Assembly (NCBI RefSeq): GCF_006345805.1
Contig: NC_042999.1
Span: forward strand, 119,784,001 to 119,848,000
Reading direction: 5' to 3'
From: Octopus sinensis
Lineage: Eukaryota
DNA: 64,000 bases
In this document: positions 54,677-64,000 of the stretch, piece after piece
Numbering within the stretch: position 1 is the stretch's first letter
Layout: each line of letters opens with the position of its first letter
Translations under genes and position numbers: made by a program
Notes under the pieces: model-generated
What the model was told of the DNA's origin: nothing
Databases searched by the model: none
Seen by the model: only the letters and a program-made list of their open reading frames with translations

Positions 54677-55149
54677 GACAAGCTTGCGACTGGAAGTGGC
54701 CCAGATTTGTGGATTTTTCGGTTTTCTGGAACAACCTAAATATATGCTAAAAATATACAATGAAGTACGAAAGGTTAAGAACTAAATTATGTTTAACGTA
54801 TTAAAATGAATGTATTTCTAAAGCGGGGTCTGTTTGATACCTATTAATCGTCTTAACCTTCTTAAAATATGGTGTTGGAACAAATCTTCCTGTCGTTTTC
54901 AATTGTTGTCGTCTAAACATGCGATTTTGTTTCTCACATGCCAGAAGCATAGATGTATGTATGCATGTATAATATGTATGTATGTATGTAAGTATGTATG
55001 TATGTACGTACGTATGTATGTATTATATGCATGTATGTATGTATGTATGTATTTGTGAGTGTGTGTGTGTCTCTTTAACTCATTAACTAGTTTCAGCTCG
55101 AGAGCTGCGTCTACGCTGGGGCACCGCTATCAGCTTTGTTATTTCTTCA

Positions 55150-55420
55150 CTACTTGACACCTACTTCGGTACGTGACATTTGGTGAACGAAGGAGTTTGA
55201 TGCACTTACCCTCATCTGCGTTTCTTGACATGAGGTAGGATCATCCAGAACTCTTGAGAGGAAGAGATCCAGTTTTCTTCTGAAGAAGTTACATCCACAA
55301 CAAACCGGTCTCTCAGGTTTTTCTTTTTGTTTCAAGATATTGTAGTGATGTTGGGGCCTAAAACTGAAGCTCTTGCAGTATCCGTTCTTGTTTCTTGATT
55401 TCAACACGTTTTTCTATGCG
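55150..55420 (-). mobile_element. CR1/L2-group LINE 3' fragment
   Basis: KSFSFRPQHHYNIL...FFRRKLDLFLSRVLDDP...QMRVSASNS matches the SFSFRGP.LFN.L...FKRKLD.FL..VPDEP C-terminal pattern. Confidence 0.7.
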
Positions 55421-57489
55421 ATTACTGTGTGGATAGCTTGTTACTATTGCTCGTGTATGTTAAAAGAGAAAAGTTTTTAAATGATATATTTTCATCATTC
55501 GATATACTTTTATTTCCGCTGTTCTAACACACACTGGGCTAATCTGGCCATTTCGAAGACATTTACTATCAGCTTAAAATTAAAAAAAAATAAAAGCTAT
55601 TGAAATAAATAGGAGCTTGTCTTCTCAAGCAAAATTTATCGTGGAATCCATTTTTGAGCATTAAACAGATGACTTTTACGTCAGGTGTCAAGATAAGTAT
55701 AAGTATGAGATTTTAAATTTTAGAGTCCCTTATTCTTTCAAATAAGTATCATCAATTACATAATACATTTATGCTGAACTTGGCATAAAATCATATGCAT
55801 TATGAGCTTTAAGCAGATGCATGTTCACTGGATGGAATTAAGATTATCATAACTGTTTAGATAATATATAAAAGGAAACAAGTCTGTTTGACAGGCTCTG
55901 TATGAGTTCACTATAATGTGCTAATTATAATATATTTAAAAAGTCGAAAGCCGACAGATGGATTTGTTTATACATTAATATTGAATGGAATTGATTAATA
56001 ACAAAAGAAAAATTAAATTTTCTTTTGTTTTCAGAGAATGAAGATTGGTAGTCTAACATCACACAGTTTGACTTAAGTTGTTGATTTTGAATCAAGCATG
56101 TTTATTTATGTGCAACATGGAAACTACAGACAGATCTTCATAAAATGTTTTTCAATTCCCAAGATGCTAGTTATAATATTGCAGTTGAATTAGTGGAGAA
56201 GGTAACAGACTGTGTACTCAATGAAAAATATAACAGACTGTAGTTGGTTACTTCAAGAAATTTAAATAAAATAAAGACAGGTAGTTTACAGTTAAAAAAA
56301 GAGAAGACTGGATATTGAGTGTTATGCTGAACAAATGAAGAATAATTCAAATAGAACCAACATAGATTAGTATCACACCAACTTTTCACAAGCTGGGAAG
56401 TAATTGAGTTAAATGGTGTATCTGGATGACCATGTGCTGGAAGGCTATTGTAAATCATACGATCTGTTTGAACTAATCTACCATACAAAATCAATCAAAA
56501 CGAGAGGCATGTTGACGCTATCAGTAGAATGTAGAACACTGGTGATTTTGAAGTAAATGCAGAAAGGTGAAAAGTATGGACTTACTGCAAAACAGAATTA
56601 CTTATAAAAGGACAATAAATCCATTATTGTAATAACATTATGACAGAACTGAAAGCTTGCTCCATTATTTCCCATCGGAGTGAAATTATTAGAGTTTCAT
56701 AGCTGAACTCAATGTTTCTGGATCTTTTCGTAGTGAATGAGTAGTATTTTTCTAAAATATAGGCTTTCTTGGGGCATATGAAAGTATGATAAATGTTTTT
56801 GTTGCAGAGCAAGTATTTAAGTCAGATGTGATAATTCCTGTATGCAAAACGTCTCCTAAAGTAAATATGATTGCTTCATACACATCTTACATCTACCAAC
56901 TGGGTAGAGGAAGTGTGTTCAGATTCCATTCAGTTTGGTTTCTGAAAGTCTGTGCGCGAATTTTTTAAAATTAGACTTTAAGATTAAGACCGGTGGATAC
57001 AAAATTTGTTGCGTTTCACCTTTCATAGGATCATGGGTTCCATTAAACATTGGTTTTATGCCCCAGGATATTTTCTCTGTACATCGAATACGGATATATT
57101 TTACTGAATTTGTGATAGATTAACTACATGTCATTATCGCTGAAGAAGTTTAATTTTTTTTTTAGGTATAAAATACTAGCATAATTTGATTTTGTTTGAA
57201 ATTCCGAAGCAATTCATGCGCAAGCTAAATTTTCTCACATTTGTATTTACATTTTGCCTCATATTTTTAAAACTTAAAGAGTTTCAATATCAAAACCTAT
57301 ATTTTTCTGAAAGCCTTTCCAGTGAGCCTACTGAACTATATATGGCTTAGAACTGAGATTTGCCTGGTTTGCAAGGTATATTTTAGATTTGCGCCTAAAT
57401 TTTATTCCTAAAAGTGCGCACATTTCCCTGTTTGTTTTTAGCAATCCTCCCAAACAAATCCTCAATAGCACCCAGCAAAAACTTCGAAA

Positions 57490-58050
57490 GCAAAGGTAAC
57501 CTATTTCAAGGAGTGTGTATAAAATTATTAGCAGTTATGGAGTTTAAAACAAGTTTTTGTCATTAAGAATGACAACTAAGCATTTTTTTCTGAATTCTCA
57601 ATAAAGTTTCAACTAATTATTTTCAAATGAAACTTTCCCATTTTTAATTAAATTTGAATACTCGTAAAAAATTATTGGATAAAAAAGCAAGCATAAAGTT
57701 TTTTGCTGAACTGCGAATTTATTCTTGGTTTTGGAAAAATCTAAATATACCCATTTCGATGGCTTAAGTTTTTGGCCGTGAAACAGAAAGAAAATATGTG
57801 CAGTGTATGGAGATGGTGCCATGGCTGAAAGGACTGCTCGTAAGTCGTTGCTATGTTTAGGAGTGACAATTCTGATCTGCAAGACCGTGAAAGCTCTAAC
57901 AAGCCTAAAGTCATTGAGGATGACCAACTCAAAAAGGTGATAAAAAATAATCCAGATCACATTGTACAAGATATCACAGAGACACTTCACAGATTTCATA
58001 TGAGTGTTATACGGCATTTAAAAATATTTTGATACGTGAGTTACGGTGAT
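57490..58050 (+). mobile_element. Mariner 5' fragment (HTH region)
   Basis: KICAVYGDGAMAERTARK..AMFRSDNSDLQDRESSNKP..IEDDQLKKVIKNNP resembles the Hsmar1-type N-terminus (ICAVYGE.....WFA.FR.G..SL.D..RSGRP). 5' boundary approximate. Confidence 0.75.
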
Positions 58051-58079
58051 ATGCGTGAGCATTTATCGAATTTATTTGT

Positions 58080-59320
58080 ATACAAAGCAGTCCCGACTCC
58101 AATTACCGGCGTTGTTACCGTGCTAGCTGTAACGTAAGAATTTCTACTACTACAAAATGGTGTAGTTGGTGTTTATCAATGCGGTTTACATCTCCTTGGT
58201 TAGTATTTAGATGCAAATGTTCGTTAGGTGGGTTATTGAACCTTTGCCGCACTTTGTTATTGTTTATGCGATGTATAAGCCACTCTAAATTAGCAGAGTT
58301 GGCGTAGGATACCTTCAGGGTTTGTCGATTGAAAATAGCACGATACCGACTAGATTTAGGAAAACACTTGTCAAAGCAGCAAAAGATTTTCCAGCGATCT
58401 TGGTTGGAACACGCAAACCGAAAACCAGGTTGAACCAGAGGACATCCTGATGGTTATATCTGTTGTTAGGCTTATTTGATCGAGCATGTTGTACAAGATT
58501 GGAACAAGCAGTTGAATTATTATGTCGCGGGTGTCTATGAGTTTTCTTTGATAGGTCATTGATACGACCAATTCTTTCTGGCCGGTATTCTTTATTTGAG
58601 TGTGTTCTCAAACGGTAACGTTGTGGTGGTATACAATGTGCATCACAGTTAGAGAAATTACCAGTATTGTGTATGCCTGCTTCTTGTATATATTGAATTG
58701 TTTTCCGATACCCAACCCTAGCTAGAGTATCATTATAATAAGTTGCATGAGATTCGAGAATTTTATTGTTTGCAGATAATCTAGAGATTCTTCTAGAAAT
58801 ATTCTTAACTAGTCCCCGTATTATCGAGGGTGGATGGTTGGATGCTATGTTAATGTACTTAATATGATCATTTGCCTCATGAAATAGTTCGGATAATCCA
58901 GTATCAAGACAGAAGGTAGCGTCAAGAAAATTCACTCTACGATATATTTTTGAAAGATCTAATGAACTTTTTCCTATGCCTTTCTAACTGTACTATACTT
59001 CTTCTGTCTAGAAAAAATAAGGCATCATCCTTATATAGACACCCTGTTACGCCCGGAAAAGAAAACTGGATTAATGAAAGGATATATATTCCGACTAGGT
59101 CACTGATCCCATTGCTATATCAAATGCATTCTCCATATCTAATCTACTCTATAATCTATCATCAAAATCTACTAGAGTGGCTCGCGCGGCAAGTATATCT
59201 TTTTCGTGTTGGGACAAATCGGAATTAATTTTCATGCTAAAAATCAGGGCTTGATTAAGAAAGATCGGGTTGATAGTTGCAAAGTAAGCTCTCTGTATCT
59301 AGTTGCAAGAATTTACTATT
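58080..59320 (-). mobile_element. Penelope-like element RT fragment (no GIY-YIG seen)
   Basis: [32 protein letters not shown] (YRDD), NFLDATF, YINIASNHPPSIIRGLVKNISRRISRLS, VLWFN, FNRQTLKVSY; frameshifted. Confidence 0.9.
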
Positions 59321-59330
59321 TTTGGTGATT

Positions 59331-59382
<52 letters not shown>

Positions 59383-59394
59383 ATCAATGTTATA

Positions 59395-59491
<97 letters not shown>

Positions 59492-59553
59492 GAGTATGAG
59501 TATATATATATATGGGTATGAGTAAGTATCTCATTTATTTCTTTTGCCACATG

Positions 59554-59606
59554 TATCACTGACGAAGAGGGGGCTCTTAGTAGCTAACTCTGAAATCGGT
59601 CCGATA
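59554..59606 (+). ncRNA. Type-I hammerhead motif, partly degenerate
   Basis: TATCa-CTGACGA-AGAG...CTCT-GAAA-tcg-GTC-cGATA: intact core and GUC triplet; A.C mismatch at the base of helix I; helix III ATCGGT (one change from the palindrome ACCGGT). Confidence 0.7.
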
Positions 59607-60049
59607 TGGTAATAATGGAATTTTTTAGAAATTTCTGTCGACCTTCTTTCGAGTAGCGTGCGTATTCTGAAACAATTATATGGTTAATGGACAATATGTC
59701 CAATTTTTCGGCATATTTGGCATTAGAAGTATTTTCCTTTGCCCTCATTTATGAATTGTTTATAAATTCTACCGTTAAAGGTACTTTTTGATATGCTGGC
59801 CATTGATAACATGTTCTTCGAGAAAATATCTTTTTTCGAAAAGAATTTTATCCTCAAATTTTATATATATATATATATAATATATATATGTATGTATGTA
59901 TGTATAGTGGAGGTGGGGCAATACTCTTTAGTATTTCAAGATATTTTTATGTAGTTTTGGTAGATATATCTGTTAAAATGAGAGATCAGTTGTATTTTAA
60001 TTTTTGCGCAATTTAGAGGACAGTTTATTCATCGCACCCTCTATATATA

Positions 60050-60365
60050 CATATATAAACTCTACTCCGTCGGTCATGAATGATTATAGGTGCACCTAGG
60101 CGGTTCCCCTCCGGGTACAAGTCAGGTGGAAATTTACCTCACGAGGGAACGAACAACCTAAGGTTGCTTTTATGGAAGACCAGCAGTCGCCCAGGCATAA
60201 CAGCCTCCCCTCTCCACGCCACCGATGTTATCCAAGAAAAAGACAAAGGTTGATACAACTTGGTACCAGTGACGTCGCAACTCATTTCTACAGCTGAATG
60301 AACTGAAGCAACGTGAAATAAATAGTCTTGCTCAAGAATACAACACGCAGCCCGGTCCGGGAAAC
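60050..60365 (-). mobile_element. SINE-like repeat (family C) fragment
   Basis: gtcttgctcaagaatacaacacgcagcccggtccggg resembles the reverse of a CORE-like SINE body as I recall it; assignment unverified. Confidence 0.45.
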
Positions 60366-62517
60366 CACACCTTAATCATGACAAACACACAATTAACACT
60401 CTGGCAATTACTAAGGATGTTAAATTTTATACTCACTTATAGGAACCTTTAAGTAGCGTAACTGCTAAATCTGCATCCTAAATGTAGGCTACTATTCAGC
60501 ACCATTCAATTGCTAGCCCTTTAAAGTGATCGAATATAACTCAAATTTGAGTGTTGCAAAGATATCTGAAGTTGTGTTGCTATACCACCGCCTCATCCAT
60601 ATGCACACGCAAAACGACATACACAAATACACACAAACACATGCAAACAGACAAACTTCATCTCGTGTAGCAAAACAAGCAAAAATATTTGGTTACCTGG
60701 CAAATACTCGCAAGCACCCATGAAGATGATCTGTTGGTTTCAACCAAATGAAGTACCTGCTCAATAATGTACAAGCGACGATGTACAAGTATATCACGGG
60801 TATATCAATGTACAAGTATATCAAGGGTGCATGTAGCCTTAGTGCAATGCCATATCAGTGTGGTACCGTCCATCGAAGGCTTTCCACACTCTCTGCTTTC
60901 ATCGATTTTATACACGTGGTTTGGATCAACTTTTTTACATGTTAAAGTCAGTTACCCAATTTGTCACGCAGTAGGACTGATCTCGGAACCTCATGGTTGT
61001 AAAACAATCGTCTTAACCAATCGGTAAAGTCTGTGTACATATTCGTTAATTTTATAACCACCACCGTCGCGCATTTGTTCTGTTTCTTTTAAAAATCTCT
61101 TCAACTGTTACTACAACAGGCTCTGTTACTTTGGAGTAGTAATTAGATTCTCGTCATGTCTTCTGTAGCATACTCCTCGTGACATACACTAAATGCTTTG
61201 CTCATTACTTCCTCTACAAAATTGCTTTCCTATAAACAATTTTCCTACAAATCTAGATCTAAACATCAACCACATCAATCTTATCAGTGTAGGAGGTTTT
61301 ACGAAGATCCTGGGCTCTGCACCTCCACCACATGAATAACAAAAAATACTATATAAAAAAAGGAAAGTGAAATGGTGATATGAGAAAATCTCACGCAAAT
61401 AGCATTTTTCGGAAAGAGTAAAAAAAAAGGCAAAAATTAATTGGAAATGAATAACATGAACAAGAAAAGTGTGACAACAAAAACAGTATAAATATATATA
61501 AATTACTGGAAAAAATGTTTGTTCTTGCTATTAGAACTACTGCTGCTGCTGCTGTTGTTGTTGTTGTTTTGTTGCTGGTGAGAGTGGTAATACGAATGAT
61601 GTTGTTCAATGTAAAGAAATTTTAATTATTTTCTAGATTTGTTTCCCAATTCTTCTCCACAATTTTCATTTAAGAATAAATAAATAACTGAATATATATT
61701 CAAATAAAAATAAGAACTGCAACACAAACGAAAAAAAGAATCACGGCGTCACATAGGCCATCGATGACGACAAGGATAATAAAGACGACGACGACAACCC
61801 GAACATTGGCGATGATGATGATGATGATGATGATGATCTTGATGATGATGATGATGATGATTACTAACAAGAGAAGCAAGATGTGAGGATGCTAATGAGG
61901 ACAACACTAATGAAAAATTAACAAATACCAGTTATAGTACAACATCTAGTACTGCATCTGCTGCTGCTACAACTACTAATTCTACTTCTACCGATGACAA
62001 TGATGATGATGATAAGGATGATGATGGTGGTAGTGGTGATGGTGGTGGTGTTGGTAGTGGTGGTTGTGGTGGTGGTGGTGGTGGTAGTGGTAGTGGTTGA
62101 TGGTGGTAATGATTATGATGATGACGATGCTGCTGATGATGATGATTTTCTACATTGTCAAGGGATCATATAATTGGCATGAAATAGAGAAAATTGTTTG
62201 AATCAAGTTCAATTCATAACCGGTCCGTTAACACCAACAGTTTAATGAAAGGCAAATACCAGCCCTGCAGAATTAAAATGTGAAAATACAGAGTGGGGTC
62301 GATACTAAACACTTTAATGTACAGAGTTTACCAATTTGCTGTATTTGCTACTCTACCGCCCTGATTACTGTTAATAATAATAATTTATGATATTGACATA
62401 AATAATTTCTAATATTGGCAATCGATTTTAATCGATTCTAGTACTTGAACAGTACATATTTCATCGATCCTAGAAGAATGAAACGGAAAGTCAACATCTG
62501 AGGAATTCGAAATTTAA

Positions 62518-63495
62518 AGGATTGTAACTAATTGCCGAAAGGAATTTTATCGGTTACCCTACCGATTCTACCAACCGCCACCATAATTGTTATATAATAA
62601 TGATGACTTTTAGTATAAACACAAGGCCGCATACCAATTTTTCTCTTTTCGGTGGTGGCGGTTACGGTGATGGTGAAGGAGCAGTCGATTATATCGAACC
62701 TAGCACTTGACTCAAACTTCCTTTATCGATTCTGAAAATATTAAAGGCAGTGATGATAATGATGATGATGATGATGATGATGATGATAGAAATGAAACTA
62801 TCATGGGGGTGTGCATATTATAGTGCTGAAAAAATCTCGAAACTGTTGAAAATACAATATTACTATCTTCTGTTTTCTACTAGGAGGACGGAGAAGGGGA
62901 CATTCAGAAAAAAATACAAAAATAGGAGAGCTTTACCGACAATTACTTATGAAAACAGACCTGTTAAAAAATAGTGTTTAAACGAAACAAAATGAGACGT
63001 CCCTATAGGATTGTAACTAATTGCCGAAAGGAATTTTATCGGTTACCCTACCGATTCTACCAACCGCCACCATAATTGTTATATAATAATGATGACTTTT
63101 AGTATAAACACAAGGCCGCATACCAATTTTTCTCTTTTCGGTGGTGGCGGTTACGGTGATGGTGAAGGAGCAGTCGATTATATCGAACCTAGCACTTGAC
63201 TCAAACTTCCTTTATCGATTCTGAAAATATTAAAGGCAGTGATGATAATGATGATGATGATGATGATGATGATAGAAATGAAACTATCATGGGGGTGTGC
63301 ATATTATAGTGCTGAAAAAATCTCGAAACTGTTGAAAATACAATATTACTATCTTCTGTTTTCTACTAGGAGGACGGAGAAGGGGACATTCAGAAAAAAA
63401 TACAAAAATAGGAGAGCTTTACCGACAATTACTTATGAAAACAGACCTGTTAAAAAATAGTGTTTAAACGAAACAAAATGAGACGTCCCTATAGG
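62518..63495. repeat. Near-identical tandem duplication (489 + 486 bp)
   Basis: 62518-63006 is repeated at 63007-63492, differing by one GAT unit in the internal microsatellite; AGG microhomology at the junctions. Confidence 0.95.
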
Positions 63496-63499
63496 TGAG

Positions 63500-64000
63500 C
63501 GTCACAGAAGACCAGTCAAGGAACACTATACATGCTGGATTAAAGCCAATCTTTCCTAGCTTTGATTTCCAATCCATACAGCCATTACCTTAATCCTTAC
63601 CAACTTTCAACAAATTCACTAAAGATCCGTCTGCCTTACTAATACTCACTTTTTCTCCAAGTTGAAGTTAAAGAATTTGATGAGGATTTGTTTGAAGAGT
63701 AAAGTGTTAGTTCCCAATCGTTTCGATCTTTTTTTGAATTTGCCTGCTCTTCCTGTCAAAAAGAAAACAGTGAAGCAATTTTCATGATGGATTTGGCTAT
63801 CAACGGGGCCTGACCCTACACACGCTACAAAATCTGTTTGCCATAACTTATAAATTAGCAGCGTTCAGACATTGAAAGAGTTCAAAACAGTTTAGTTGTT
63901 TTACGTGCATGTAGGACAGGCCTGAATTGTGGTATTAACAATTCCATTGTGTGTATCTCTAACTGGCATATCCATGGCTTGCAGAATTGCTAGTCAGGCA
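63500..64000 (+). mobile_element. Possible CR1/Jockey LINE pre-RT remnant
   Basis: LPALPVKKKTVKQFS...STGPD resembles the I...V.K.L..LD..KATGPD region; weak. Confidence 0.3.

Noticed and set aside
56010-56240. Host exon after a polypyrimidine/CAG acceptor, ending at a GT donor
   Set aside because: Stops occur in all three frames soon after the acceptor; a non-coding exon cannot be supported without RNA data.

Overview
AT-rich, microsatellite-dense eukaryotic DNA with no supportable host protein-coding exon, rRNA, true tRNA gene or CRISPR array. The SINE families and repeat landscape resemble what I recall from octopus/coleoid cephalopod genomes; this is an inference, not a database match. The window is a stack of transposon remnants: two CR1/L2-type LINEs plus 3' fragments, a Tx1/L1-clade LINE, an RTE LINE, a young 5'-truncated Dong/R4 LINE with a 1.87-kb open frame, a Penelope-like (PLE) RT fragment, a full-length DD34D mariner, a foldback element carrying TTAGGG repeats, and many tRNA-derived SINEs. 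The most striking unexplained structure is a set of minimal type-I hammerhead ribozyme (HHR) motifs in at least four different sequence contexts (about 144-179, 3222-3256, 11958-12001/13483-13524, 31529-31573, 59554-59606). All except the degenerate 11958 copy have a palindromic or near-palindromic helix III. One sits in a composite unit of tRNA-like Pol III head, (AAT)n, HHR and inverted terminal repeat, which looks like a ribozyme-bearing SINE that may be mobilised by Penelope machinery. Most entries in the ORF track are microsatellite read-throughs.
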